DNA of 64,000 bases, taken from contig OZ024743.1 in the NCBI GenBank assembly GCA_964016885.1, positions 121,334,001-121,398,000 of the forward strand, given 5' to 3'. The notes under the pieces were generated by a model. The model was not told where the DNA came from and ran no database searches. It saw only the letters and a program-made list of their open reading frames with translations. Of this stretch, positions 27,831 through 41,430 are shown piece by piece. The number at the start of each line of letters is the position of its first letter. Within the stretch, counting starts at the first letter, position 1. A program made the position numbers and the translations under genes. The stretch comes from Eledone cirrhosa. Lineage: Eukaryota.

Positions 27831-29595
27831 CACCGTGTAACAACAAAAAAATTCTCCGTTCTTGGCTTGTAATCACTTTTTTGTGTTGCTTAGGCCCCAA
27901 ATAAAAAAAAGTGCTATTAAACAGTTAAAAGTTTGAGTTTGTAAAAATTCTAAGCTATTCACTAGAATTATTTGTATGCTGGATTTTACGTTGTATGTAA
28001 GTTTAATTTGCTTATGTTAAATGATTGTTTTATATATGTTTCAGGTTAAATTAAAATTATAAAATAAAGAGTAATACTTAAAGAAAATTATAAAAGTGCA
28101 ATAAAGTATAAAATTGTTAAAAAGTGGATTAAAGAGATTTATTGATACTGGGATACTCTCAAAAAGTTCCTCGCTTCCAAAACCAAAAAGAAGTCAGTGA
28201 CTTGGTCAGTGATATGGGTCTGACCAAGTCCAATGCAGAGCTATTCCTCTCCAGAATGAAGCAGTGGAAGTTGGTCAAGGAGGAAGTGCAGGTGACAAGT
28301 CAAAGAAGTCGACACGAACCTTTCTCAGGCTTTTACACTCTTAGGGATGGCCTCTGCTTCTGCCATCACGTGCCTGGACTGTTTGACGTTATTGGAGTGC
28401 CGTTTGTGCCCAAGGAGTGGCGACTATTTATAGACAACTGCACCACAAGTTTGAAGGCTGTCCTCTTCCACAATGGAAACAAGTTCCTGACACTGCCCCT
28501 AGCTCATTCAGTTTGCCTGATGGAAGATTACTACAGTGTGAAAGTCCTCTTGGAAGCTCTGCAATACAACCAGTACAATTGGGAAATCATTGGAGACTTC
28601 AAGATGGTAGCTTTCCTGCTTGGACTCCAAGGAGGTTTTTTCAAATTCCAATGCTTCCTCTGCCTTTGGGACAGCAGAGCCACCTCTTACCATTACAAAA
28701 GAAAGAACTGGGAGCAGCGAACAGAATTTGTAGTTGGGACCCGGAACGTCATGTGGGAGCCACTGGTTGATCCCAAGATTGTGCTCATGCCGCCACTGCA
28801 CATTAAGTTGAGGTTGATGAAGCAGTTTGTGAAGGCTCTCAACCAAGAATCAGCCGCTTTTAAGTACCTTCTTGAGTTCTTCCCCAAGTTATCTGAGGCC
28901 AAAATCAAAGGTGGAATTTCTGTTGGACCTCAGATAAAGAAGGTGTTTGAGTCTACCAAGTTCTCCAATAAGCTCAATAGGATTGAGAGAAAAGCATGGA
29001 ACTGTTTCAAGGCAGTTATTAAGAGGTTCCTGGGCAACTACAGAGCTGAAAACTACCAGCAACTGGTGCAGGATCTGATAAAGGCTTTTGGCGTCATGGG
29101 ATGCAGGATGTCGCTTAAACTCCATATGCTGGACGCTCACCTGGAAAGATTCAAGGACAATATGGGCGCCTACTCAGAAGAACAAGGCGAACGATTCCAC
29201 CAAGATGTGAAAGAGATAGAGCGGAGGTACCAGGGCCACTACAATGAAAGAATGATGGGGGACTATATCTGGGGGCTAGTGTGAGAATGCGACCTGGACT
29301 ACAACCGCAAATCCAGACGTGTATAAGTTGCTTTATAAGTATTATTTGTTTTTACTTGTTTGCTTTTGATAAGCTTGTGTAATAAAATAAATGTATACTC
29401 TGTTGATTTAATTATATGAACTGATACATTTTTTTTAAATGTGTTTTTTATTGAAAAATATGAAAATTTCGAAATATCGAACTCCTGACTACAAACCCAA
29501 ACTTCTGATTAAATAATAGCGTTTTTTTATAATAATGGAATATAACAAACCAGTAAATGACACTTAGAACCGGGGAACAAAAAATAGTTACACAG
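27831..29595 (+). mobile_element. Chapaev3-like (CMC superfamily) DNA transposon, internally deleted
   Basis: Left end CACCGTGTAAC and right end GTTACACAG with subterminal inverted similarity. It splits otherwise contiguous LINE sequence and carries a transposase ORF. Confidence 0.8.
28142..29326 (+). pseudogene. Chapaev3-like DDE transposase catalytic region, N-terminus missing, premature TGA at 29282
   Basis: EWRLFID...SLKAVLFHNGNK, IIGDFKMVAFLLGLQGG, CFLCLWDSR, MPPLHIKL, HMLDAH, SEEQGERFHQD. After the TGA (probably CGA) the frame continues ECDLDYNRKSRRV. Confidence 0.85.
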
Positions 29596-30211
29596 GTATA
29601 AATCTAAAGGTATAGTCAGGGTGGAGAATCTGTAGATTTCTCATTAGTTCTGCATATATGTTCTTCTTTTCACTAATCTTTGATATTATATTGGCAGCTG
29701 TTGTGCAGCTAACTTCCACTACTGTACATGCCTTCTTTTCCCTGGTCTGTTATGTCTGCACTTTATTGGGGTTTTTACTGGAACATTCCACCAGTACTCT
29801 TTCATATTATGTATATACTTGTCCTCCACATTACTGTAACTTTTAATATGTTTATAGTCGAAGCTAGCTTTTCTATGATTTGCATTGTATATTGTTTTTG
29901 GCCACTATATCATGCCACATAGGTAGATATTACCGTGATTACATGCGTGACATCGTTGATGTTAATTCTGCAGAGTCTGCATTTGTTGTCATATCTAGGT
30001 GTTTGGCCTGCATCCCTATCTCTTTTGTGAATCAGGTATTTTGTAATGGTTTCCTGTTCTTGGATTGCAAAAACATATCCTTCAACGTGAGCTCCAATAT
30101 AGCGATTGTTGGTCCAAGATAGACAATTTGCTTATCTATGTTACTCTCACTTTGGAGCCTCCTGAAAACATATCCATGCGTGAGTTTTTGCTGATAACAT
30201 GCAGGTTTTCA

Positions 30212-30552
30212 CCTTAGGGTGATGCATTCTGTGCATGGTTAAGAATTTTCGAATTTTTGTATCGAGCCTACGGATCTCTGTGCTTGACCAGTTGATGACA
30301 TTGTAACTGTAGGTTACTACTGGTATGGCAAGCGTGTTTATGGCATCGATCCTATTCCTTGCATTCAATTCTGTTCTTAAGATTGCATTCCTTCCTTATC
30401 CTTTCCCTCATTGTCGAGTGCTTGATTCCGTCTTCTTAACATATTGTAAGATATTTGTAAGTTTCTTCTTGATCAAGTTCTCTTATCACATTCCCCCGAT
30501 CAAGATTAATGTCTGAACTTTTCAGCAGCTTTCCTCTGGTGAACGTGGCTTT
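30212..30552 (-). mobile_element. Internal fragment of R4-like family A (post-YMDD region)
   Basis: Near-identical to 48048-48404: KATFTRGKLLKSSDINLDRG...MHRMHHPK. Confidence 0.92.
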
Positions 30553-30735
30553 CGGTAGAGAGTCGGACACCATGTTTTTCAGCATAGAGTTACGGCCCTT
30601 TACAATTTGAGTTCTAATCCAGCCGAGGTTAACTTTGCCTTTCATCGTTACAGGGTCGATAAACTAAAGCACCAGTCACGTAATGGGATAATTGCTGGCG
30701 TTGTGCCAAAAGTAGAAACAATTATTATTATTATT
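30552..30735 (+). mobile_element. tRNA-derived SINE, 5' end clipped
   Basis: Match to the 7762 family. Confidence 0.85.
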
Positions 30736-33700
30736 GTTGTATTAAATATGCTTGTTGTTTTAAAACATCAATTAATATTTCAGCTTAAGAAAAAAAAATC
30801 GTTTAAAATTAAACTGAAAATAAAATTTATAGAATTTTATTGAAATGACTATGCATAACCCATCAATTCGAATTAGGCTATTCATTTCATATAATGTGTC
30901 TAAAGCAATTTAGCATGCTAGAGCTCATGTCTCTTGAAGCGTCACTAATAAGAGAATTTGAACTTATTAATGCAAGCTCATGCATCAACATATCAATTAC
31001 ACGACACTCCCATTGATATGGTACATAATTTCAGTTTTATGATGTAGGGTATTCAAATGTTCAATATTTTTACCATTGTCACAGTGCGATTAAAATAGGG
31101 GTTTGTATACATAAAGTTTCTGTATACTTAAACACCTTCAAAAGAGGCTTTCTCTATATGCACACATACATACTCATGCCAACAAAAATGGTATGATTTG
31201 GCATAAATGACAAAAATCTGGCAAAACACTCTGAACGATAATAGAAAATTTAGCATTATCGAAATATATTTCTTATAAAACGCTTCAAATGTGTGTCATA
31301 TTTTAATTGGCTTCAACGTATTTATTTCACCGGTTGCTATTTACTTATTCTCAAATAATGGACACCATAAGAAGCTGAGAATTTCTGTATTTGCCAGATT
31401 GACTGTATAATTTTATCCGACGCAATGATGTTGATAACCATCTGTGGCGACACATCTTCGATTAATGAATTAGTGTTACGCTAATGTGTAACTATGTAAA
31501 AGCCTTCTCAAACACACTTAAGAAAATTGGAATCGTGTCAAGTGAATGCTTGAGCGGTAGTAATCAATTCCGAAAGCTCGGTCCTCCAGGTAATCTGGGA
31601 ATCGACAAACCTTTCTTTCTTGGTATATAAATTGTTTCTGTAAATTATCTAATTTTTTTTTTCCGTGAAAAAAGAAATGTTTCAGCATTCTTATTGCCAT
31701 TGTTTCAACATATAGCATTGCGTTAGGTATATTCTCTTTTCTCACTGTTTATATAGTGTTTTCTATCTTCTAGAATCAAATTTCATTAATTTGGAAACGC
31801 TTTGACACCTATCTTTATTGGCCAGAGAATATTTATTGGAATTGAAAAAACAGATTTTTGGCATCATAATTATCTGCCTATGTCTATCTGTTTTTAGAAA
31901 CATGAACAAGCCAATTTTGTTTGCTAAAGCAATGACTTAATGTAGAATTTCATTGTGTAGATGACGCTATTACCAGTAATATACACGAATGGAGACTTAA
32001 TTATAGTCTGAAATGGCTATTGTGTCTCATCAAATAAACAAACGATAAAACTAGGTGAATAAACTGGGTGAATAAAAATATCTCAAAAATCAGTTGATTC
32101 AAATTGAAGCTATATACAACATAAACCAAGGAATCAAGCATAACCCAATGTTGCATAAAATTCCTATTTATGTATTCAATTATAAGTTAATCTCATCTAA
32201 CAGATGGAAATAAGATGGAAATGAGAAAGGAGAATTAGAATTACAAGAAAACAAGAAAATAATCTTTAGGACACATTGAGTAAAATAGTTGATACATAGG
32301 ATGTGCATTCGATATAAAATATTACTTTTGAAAACATCTGTGTCCTAGTTAAATGCTAGCTGTTCAAGAACACATACAGCATTAAAAAAAGCAAATATCT
32401 TATTGCAATGCGTGTGCTTTGTATTCTTTTTGTTACCACAGAAAATGCATACTACCAGAAATAATCCCTACTTGAAAAGTTTATACATGCGCGTGCACAC
32501 ATGCAAATATGTACATACGCGCGAATTCACATGCATGTTAAAATATAGAGGAATTGCATTAACCAATCGATATGAATGACCAAATCATTTAATGAAATAT
32601 ATGACTGAACAGATTTTAACTTAGTTTTATCTTCAAGGATATCTGGAATCTTGAGATTACAACAAACTCCAGATGATCTTCGAAATAAGAATTGCTCTGT
32701 TTGTGTTAAAGATGCACGGTCAAAGTATATATTAATAGCAATCAAAATTATGAGTAAAATGTATAAGTACGTGCAATACCGATACACGCACAAAACCCTT
32801 TCTTACAAATGAACACATTACAATTAGAATGAAATTTATATTTAGATCTTTGGTGAAGAAAAATTCATAGATAAATATTAACATAAAGAAATGTTATTAA
32901 TATCATCGATGAAATCTGTGGCAGTGATTCTAGTGAATAATTGTTGCTCCACCCTTATTCATATTCTTGAGTAGAAGCAGTGTTTATTTATAGAAAAGTT
33001 AGTGAAACGCAGGAGAGCAATATAGTAAAGAAATGTTGAATGTTGAATAAACTATAGCTTCGAGATAGAGGACGCATCAGGGTCGAATAATTAAGGAGTT
33101 CGCTTCGCAATCACCAGGTTCCGCATTCGATTCCACCGCCTGGCGTTTGAGCAAATGTCATCCAGTCAACTCATGTTTAGTGAGAGAAATTAATTATATG
33201 GAAACTATTTAGAACCGTTGTTTGACACGCATTGTTTGACACTGGATCTCCCTGGGAATTACTTTAAAGTTACACGTCTCTATGGAATTCTCAGTCACTT
33301 ACATCGGGCTTTTCCCTTGATCCAACAACTGGAACACTCACAGTCGACACCGACGGAGGCCCATCGATCTTCCACGTTAATGTTTGACAAAGAATAAAGT
33401 GTAACAAAAATGTTTAAATCCTCTTGACAGAGTACGATATTATTCATTCGGTTGTCGAGTATCCTATACAGTCCGCCACCAGCACCCTATTATTTTATTG
33501 TTTCGTATTGTGAATCAAGAGAGATGAAACATGAAATCAACTTGCACATTTTAGAAGATATATATTCAAATTCAGCAGAGTATCTACTATAATTCAGTCT
33601 GCGCTAACCACAAAATATATATTGGATATATAATGTGAAGGAGAGAATTGGAGAATGGATAATTGATTATTCGTTATCTGAAAAAAAAAATTGATTTCAA

Positions 33701-34596
33701 AAATATGTTTCGAATATATAAATATGCTTTCATGGTTTCAGTGAATCAATTAACATTTTTGTGAAACTCCATTATTTATCAAGTTCGGAATATTGCTTCT
33801 GGGAGTACACTTAACAATACAATACAAATCACAAGTAAGAGTAGCATGAGAATCCAAAGGAACAAAAGAATCACTTTTAGTTATTTCTGACTAAATATAG
33901 AACATTACTGAGAATTCTGTTGACTAAATTATGAAATATATTTAACCTTCATTACAAATAAATTATGATGATGTCTTAGCCCATTTTAGAAATCGTCTTA
34001 ATTTCTTTTATTTGTTCCACTCATTGGGGTATGACAATACTGTAACACCGAGTTCTAGAGCATAGTTAATTGCACAGATTTATAATATTGACTTCAGAAT
34101 AAGGACAGGTAAGAGGGATATGGACGGCATTTGAACATAGAACGTGGAAGAAAACAATGAAAAACTACAATGTATTTTCCCCGACGCTTTACTGATTCTG
34201 CCGTCTGACAGATTCTCCCACCAAGAACAACTTATGAGCATACAAAAGATCTAAAAAATCTATTAGCGTGTGAACACCTGGATATTCCACAGACACGTGT
34301 ATGTGACCTAATTCTTAAATGGAACTAGCCTGGCACACTGTAACGAAATCTTGTCCGTTGAATAACAAGTACATTCTATACATCTGGTTCCCTCTCAGTT
34401 TCCGTCCACCAAATTTTACTCATAAGGCTTGTTGTGACCTGAGGTAGAAGACACTCGCCCAAGGTGCCACACAGGACCTCATGAATGCGAAGTGAACGTC
34501 TTAACCATTTGATAATACCTGCATCTATTCTCTCATATACTCACCTAATACATACTCTTATTTTTCAGTGCAATGAAATCCCATTATATATCAATG

Positions 34597-34815
34597 AAGG
34601 GCGGAGGATTGGCAGTATCCGTAGACGTTCCGACGCCATGCTTAGCAGTATTGAGTTACGGCCCTTTATGATGTGAGTTCAAATCCTGCGGAGGTTAACT
34701 TTGCCTTTCATCCTTACGGGGTCGATAAAATAAAGTACCAGTCACGCATTGAGGTCGATTTAATCGACTTTCCCCTTCCCCAAAATTGCTGGCCTTGTGT
34801 CTATATAAGAAACCA
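34597..34815 (+). mobile_element. Full-length SINE with ~17-bp target-site duplication
   Basis: ccattatatatcaatga on both sides. Carries the longer internal segment (gtcgatttaatcgactttcccc) that most other copies lack. Confidence 0.9.
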
Positions 34816-35652
34816 TTATATATCAATGAGACAGACCTACATATCATTCCTATATGTGTGTTAAGAAGTAATAAAAAATAAAGAGAAAGAGAAGAAAATC
34901 TAGCAAGGGTAGGCTATTTAGGATAAAAGTCTAAATTTGATGTAGAATAATTCTTAGAAAGTAAATTAGATATAAGACTGAAACACAAAGTTTTATTTCA
35001 AAAAAGAATCAGGTAAAATATTTAAGGTTTCTTAACTGAAATGTTAACCTGATAAATTGATGTAGATGATATACTTTTTAAATTTTTAGTGTTGCAAATA
35101 AAAGTGAGACTACTATTAAATAACACAGAATAAAAGTAAGGAAACGTTAGAAAGAACAGCTTAAGGGAGAGCGTCGATTTTATCTGATCTTTTCGGATTA
35201 ATACCACTAATACACTAGGTCAATGTAATGGATTACTTCCATAGCTTTCAACAAATCTTTTTACTCAATAAACGAAAACCTTTGTATCACATTGCTATGA
35301 GTTCAAAACGAGTTTGTGATGGCATTCACTGTTATTCAGCGTATTTGATAGAATAAATAGCTGTAATAAACTGGACTATGTATTTCGAGGATCACGAATT
35401 TCTCCAGTAAAAATGATATTATGTTTAGAACAATTCAGAAACCTTAATGAAACATCAAATCTCAGGAAAGAATGGAGAACTATGAAAAGGTGAAAACTAT
35501 TTATTTTATTTCTAAATAAGTATATTAATACATACATAAATGCATATGTACATCCATACATCGATACATACATACATACATACATACATACATACATACA
35601 TACATACATACATACATACATACATACATACATACATACATACATACATACA

Positions 35653-36660
35653 TTCTGTTCCGCGCTCTTGAGTGATAGAGGTGCTTCGACTTGTTAAAGT
35701 CCCAGACGCTATTATTAAAAACATAGAAAACTTCCTCCTTAGGATACTATCCTAAAGTTAAAAACAGAGAAGGTGACTCTATTTTCACTGATGAAATGAA
35801 ATATCGCAGGGATATATTTCAAGGAGACAGTCTCTGTGTAACTATTTATTCTGTCATTAAACCCCTTATCTTTTCTGCTCAGGAAATGTGGAGGATACAT
35901 AATTGTCTCACAAAAGGTCAGGAGTACAAAACTAACCCATAATTTCTTTGTGGATGACATGGAACTCTATGCGAAGAACATAAATGGGAGGAAGACAAAT
36001 CTTGACCTGGTTAGGACGTTCTCGACGGATATAGGAATTGAGTTTGGCCATGGTTGTAAAGCGGGGGAAAACTACAAGCCAATTTAGCAACATTTCTATC
36101 AATGGCCTGTATCACCGATATCTGACGAGGACTGCTAGAGATATCTAGGGATTTATGAGACTATATTCTCTGATGGTATCTAGCAAGGAACGCGTAACCA
36201 GGGAATATTACACCCGATTAAGAAACATACGGTATCTGAAAATTCTGCGCACAATAAAACAGTGGCTCACAATGTCTTTGGTGTGCCTGTCCTAACACCA
36301 ACATTCAGAAAACTATTGGACGATAGATAAAATCCGTGTTATTGATGTTAAAATCCGCAAAATCCCCAACAACACCGGAAATTTCCACATCAACAGTGAC
36401 ATAAACCGCCTCAACCTGAAACATAAACAGGGAGGCAGAGGCCTAACATCAGTCCAGACAGCATTGGTGTGTCTGTCGCATCATATCCCTCCGACAACAT
36501 CTACCAACCACCAAGCGTAAGAGCTCGTCTCTCGAGCAAGTCTGTCTACATGAAACAGATGAGATCAAGTGGGTTGGAAAGGAGCTCATTCAGAAATACT
36601 TCCTGAATGATAATCAAAACCTCACACCCAGGGAAATTTCCCAACAATGAATCCTCAGTG
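35653..36660 (+). mobile_element. 5' part of R4-like family C copy 2 (decayed RT), starting immediately after (CATA)n
   Basis: GIFQGDSLCVTIYS, FFVDDMELYAKN, YLGI, NNTGNFHINSDINRLNLKHKQGGRGL; matches 26900-27220. Confidence 0.88.
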
Positions 36661-37859
36661 GGAAAGGCGGACGTGGGTTAATCCAGTTAGATATTGAGTT
36701 GAAAACTGCAAGAATTGGATTATCTGCATATCTAAGGGAATCACATGATTGGATGATCAAACACATTTTGAAACACGAAAGCATCAAAAGATCATACGCC
36801 ATTACAAAAGATGCACAAAGATACAGTAATGAACTTCAAATTTCAGAAGTTCCATTTACTGTTGAAATTAAAAACACAAAAAAAACAAAGCAGGTAAAAG
36901 TAACTGCAAAGAAAGAACTGCTACAGAAATTGGCTAAGAAATGGCAAGAAAAGCATCTGTGTGGAAAATACCCAGAAAGAGCTAACAATCCTGATGTTGA
37001 CAAAACTTTAACCCATCAGTGGTTGGCATCCTCTGCACTGAAATCGGAGACTGAAGGACTGATTATATCAGCACAAGATTAGTGTCTGCCAATAAAAAAT
37101 TACCAAGCCAACATAATAAAAAATGGATGCAACCCATTATGCCGTGTATGTAAAAAACAACCAGAGACCATTGATCATATAATTTCAATGTGCAGTCCTA
37201 TAGCTCTAACCGAATACCTAAACAGGCACGACAGAGCTGCACAATACATACATTGGATAATGAGTAAGCATTTTGACCTGTCCCATCAAAAGAATTGGTG
37301 GGAGCATCAACCACCTCCCGTACTTGAAAAATATCATATCTCAATCTTGTGGAACTTTAGCATCCAAACAGACCGAAATATAGATGCAAATAGACCTGAT
37401 ATAATACTGAAGGACTTTAGAAAGGAGGGTATGTCCGTTCCATAAAAGGAGGATATGTCCGTTCCAATAGACAAGAATGTATCTATAACAACATTTGAAA
37501 AATTGAGCAAGTAGAAGGACCTGGAGATAGAAATTGGAAAAATGTGGAAGTTGATAACTAAAACAATACCAGTGGTTGTAGGCGCTCTAGGAATGATACC
37601 TAAGGCGTCTAGTGATTACTTATCGCAAATCCCAGGAAACCCGCGTATAGAAGAAATACAAAGGAAAGTACTAATGGGAACTGCCCATATACTAAGAAGG
37701 ATTCTGTCAATATAAGCACATCACAAGTCTAAACACCTAAAGATGCATGTGTGTGTATGTATGTTCTTTCTTGAACATGGCGTACCTTGTTGTCTCTTGA
37801 GGTCACTGGTTGTGACTTGGTGATAACTCGTATGAACATAAAGCAAGATAAATGCAACT

Positions 37860-37862
<3 letters not shown>
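36661..37862 (+). mobile_element. 3' part of R4-like family A, ending in (TAA)n
   Basis: Highly similar to 48433-49627, including CCHC, RHD, RPD and the 3'UTR ending gcaactg(taa)n. Confidence 0.93.
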
Positions 37863-37920
<58 letters not shown>

Positions 37921-37921
37921 T

Positions 37922-40900
37922 CATTTCATTTATTGGCTACAAGGGCCGACATATAGGGGACAATACAAAAGACTGGGACAGTGGGAGTTTTACAGAAAAA
38001 TCGAGTAAACAATATGAATCACAATAACAAAGTAACAATAAAAATTCAACAACAAAAATTCCCCAATAGGGGGGATGACCACCCAGCGTTCGCTCAGGTA
38101 CCCTACCAATCAGGAACGACCCGACGCTTCGAGAGCACTCTGGAAGGGCACCCCTCTCATCCTCAAATTTACCCACCTACAGCCGCATGACCAGAGTAGG
38201 CCCACTCACACGGGCCATTCTCGCCACATTTACCTACCTTTCAGCAAATGTACTGGGGGGGGGGGGGGCAGCACTTCTCTCTCCACCCTCACCTTCCTTT
38301 CCAAGTGAAACTTGAAAAACTTGATTGGCCGAAGAGAAAATTGTCTGTCTTCAGTCCTTTCAACCTCGTCCACCATACAACCTCTTTCGCTACTGCCACC
38401 AGACAGAGAAAAATTGCCTGCCCGTCCTGAACAAAAGAAGGCGGCGGGTCGATCTTCACTATGGACTCGGCCGATAGCCGGATCCGTTCTACACGCGACA
38501 ACAGCTGTTCGACATATCTCCACAAGTCAGTAATGCACGGACACTGGACGAGTGCGTGTCGAACGGTTTCGTCGCTCTGCGTGCATCTCGGGCAGGTCCG
38601 TCTGACAGCACTTCCGTGCTTGTAGAGCTTATCTCGAACCGGCAGTGCCCCCCGGTAGCACTGCCAAGCGAGGGATTTTTGGAAATTATCCATCGTCCCC
38701 GGCTCGAAAGTCCTCCGGAACAGACTGGTTAGTTCGACTTCGTCGACTCCCAGAGCCTCTCCGAGTGCGTCGTCGCACTCTCCCACCACTAATCCTCTAT
38801 AGAACTCGAGAGTGGAAGTTCCACTGACCGCATTGCTCGCCTGGTAGAGCGCAATGAGTGCCTGGCAACATTCCAGATGCCAGTCACCCAGTCTCGGTCT
38901 CTTCTTGACCCAGGACTGCAGCTCAGTCAAAGAAACGAGCTGCGGAAAGGCCCGTCTGACAAACGGCGACCACACCTGTTCACCGTTTAGGCAGAATATC
39001 TGGAGATGCCGCAGCCTCAGCGCGTGTCTGCGCATCATTAGCCACGGCATGCCCAGCCCTCCACGTAGATGGTGCTGGCAGCAGATGGACCGCCTCACCA
39101 GCGGTACCTGACCCCTCCACAAGAATTTGAAGAGGAGCCGCTTCAAGATGGCGAGGCGCGAACGGGGGCAAGGGACGACGGTCAGACGGTAGTAGATGAC
39201 GGACGCGATGTACGCGTTCGCCACCTCCGCCCGACCTTTCAGTGATAGCTTCCTCCCAGCACATTTCTGGGTGAGACTGGCCACCCTGCCCGTCACCTCG
39301 TCCCAATTCTTATCCACCTGGAGGTCTGGTCCGTCCAGCGCCTAACGACGCTGTTAAACGGCCTGGATTTGCCTCTCCAGGTGCCGAGTTGCAAGCCCAC
39401 CGACTTTTCCGGGTTAAGTTTTGCTCCCGTCAACCTTTCATATTCCTCCAATAAGTTGCCGACCACCTCGATTTCTGAGGTGTCCGATACCATCACGGTG
39501 ATGTCGTCTGCATAAGCCGACACTGCCTTTCCGCGTCCCGGTTCGAGCGGGATGCCCTGCAACAGCTCCAGCTTCCGCAGTAAAGGGTCGAGAGTCAATA
39601 CGTACAGAAGGGAGGAGAGAGGGCACCCTTGACGGACGGATCGGGAGACCTGGAACAGTTCCGAGAGGTGGCCATTAATTTTGACCACCGAACAGGTGCC
39701 ACTGTACATTGCAGCGATCCAGATGCTGAAGACGGGGCCGAAGCCAGCCGCCTTGAGGACAGCCTCCAGGTACCGATGGTCGACCCTCTCGAATGCTTTC
39801 GATTGATCTAAATTGATCAGAGCCCCACCGAAGCCAGGTTTACACCCTACGCTCTCCATGATGTATCGCATTAGGTGGAGGTTGTCGTGTATGGACCTGG
39901 TTGGGATTGCGCAAGTTTGCGCCTCCTCAACCAAATACCCGACGACAAACGCCAACCTCTTCGCTAACACCCTGGCCAAAATCTTAAACTCTGTGTTGAG
40001 CAGAGTTATGGGCCTGAAATTGTCTAATGTGTCCCTATTGTTCTCGTCTTTCCTTATCAGCGTCACTACGCCCCGGCTCACAGAACTGGGAATACTCCCG
40101 TTTTGCTGCCAGTTGCAGTAGAGGGCTTCGAGGAGATTGGAGAACAAGTATAGCATGTTTACGTAAAGCTCGTAGGGCAGACCATCCAAACCGGGTGACT
40201 TGCGCCTCATGCAGCCGACAAGGGCATCCTGAATCTCGGCTGAAGTAATTGGCCTTTCGCAGCGCCCAGCGTCAGCCGTCGAGAGTTGCGGCAAGCCATC
40301 GAGGTAGGGTCTGAAGTCCGCCACCGTCTCTGACTTGCCACTTCCCCCGAACAACCGAGCAAAATGTTGGCGAAAGGCCTCACACATCCGATTGGAATCG
40401 CTCAGTTCGTGTCTGTCTCGGTCCGTGAAAGACCGAATCGTGGTTTTATTACCACGCTGCGCCTCTGCCACGCGGGCCCATCGAACAGCTTTGGTTCCCT
40501 CGTTTCTCAGAGCACGCGCCTTAGTTCTGACATTGCAACCTTCGTGTTTCGCATTGAAGAAATGGTCTAATGCCATTCTCGCCGCTAGCACGTCAATTGC
40601 AATGCCACTACCAATAGCCTCGTCTAACTTATCTACCAACTCCCCCTCCTTTCTATTTTTCTCTAACGCTACTTCTTTGCTAAACTCTATCGACATTACT
40701 CTAATCTCTCTTTTGAGAGCCCCCCCCACCATCTATTGTTGACGACTCCCCTGTCAACTTTTTCTTAACTAAATTGTTGACCTGGTCCCTGTAAGCCTTA
40801 CGTGCCGGAAATGATATGTTTAGGTTCCAGTAACCAGGTCGTAACCTACGCGTCTTATCCAGGTCGACCATACATATCACAAACTTGTGATCTGAATAGG

Positions 40901-41430
40901 CGACCATTTCAAAACGTGGACAGCTTACACTATTTCTGTCTATTTTCCTAATGAATATCCTGTCTATATACGATCTAGATGACCCTATGCGGTTAGACCA
41001 GGTGCACACTGGCGCATTAGGGAAATCTAGTCGGTACCTGTCAGACAGTTGGAACTGGCTGATCAGGTTCTTTAGGCTTTTGCACCCCCGCTCCTATCGG
41101 ATACTCCCACACAGTCCCAGCGTGCGTCTAAGATGCCGTTCCAGTCCCCCGCGTACAGTAAAGGGCGAGACGTACCCAGAAAGGCTTCCAGGCGTCTAAA
41201 GAAGTCCGGCCGTCCTGCCCCAGTAGGGGCATAGACGGCCACCAGTATAAAGGCACCACCTTCGTTATTGTTCACGTCCAGGACCACCAACTTCCCGTCC
41301 GGGTTCCGGAAGATCGACCTTACCTCGAGATCCAGGCCTTTCCTAAACAGCACTGCCACCCGCCTCCCATTCCCGACCGGCTAACATATGCAAAGATCTG
41401 ATAGTCGTCGAAAATGGGGGCTAAGTCCAC
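37922..41430 (-). mobile_element. Tx1-like (L1 group) LINE, copy starting inside APE and running to the 3' end
   Basis: APE remnants (VAVYAP, GDWN, SRSYIDR, SDHK). RT 39293-40732 (KSPGLDGLP, FRPITLLN, LDQSKAFE, RQGCPLS, AYADD). C-terminal CPRC...ETVRHALVQC. AATAAA then (ATT)n. Confidence 0.93.

Larger units (their letters stand above)
27301..30211 (-). mobile_element. 3' part of R4-like family C copy 2, interrupted by a SINE and a DNA transposon
   Basis: 27480-27830 and 29596-30211 align co-linearly with copy 1 (25900-26885). Confidence 0.85.

Noticed and set aside
31564-31637. Possible terminal exon on minus (ETIYIPRKKGLSIPRLPGGPSFRN*), phase-compatible with putative micro-exons at 52440-52466 and 52327-52352
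   Set aside because: The acceptors lack polypyrimidine tracts and there is no recognisable homology. Similar ag...gtaagt pairs occur on the other strand by chance, and this segment lies in the inferred inversion. RNA-seq would be needed.
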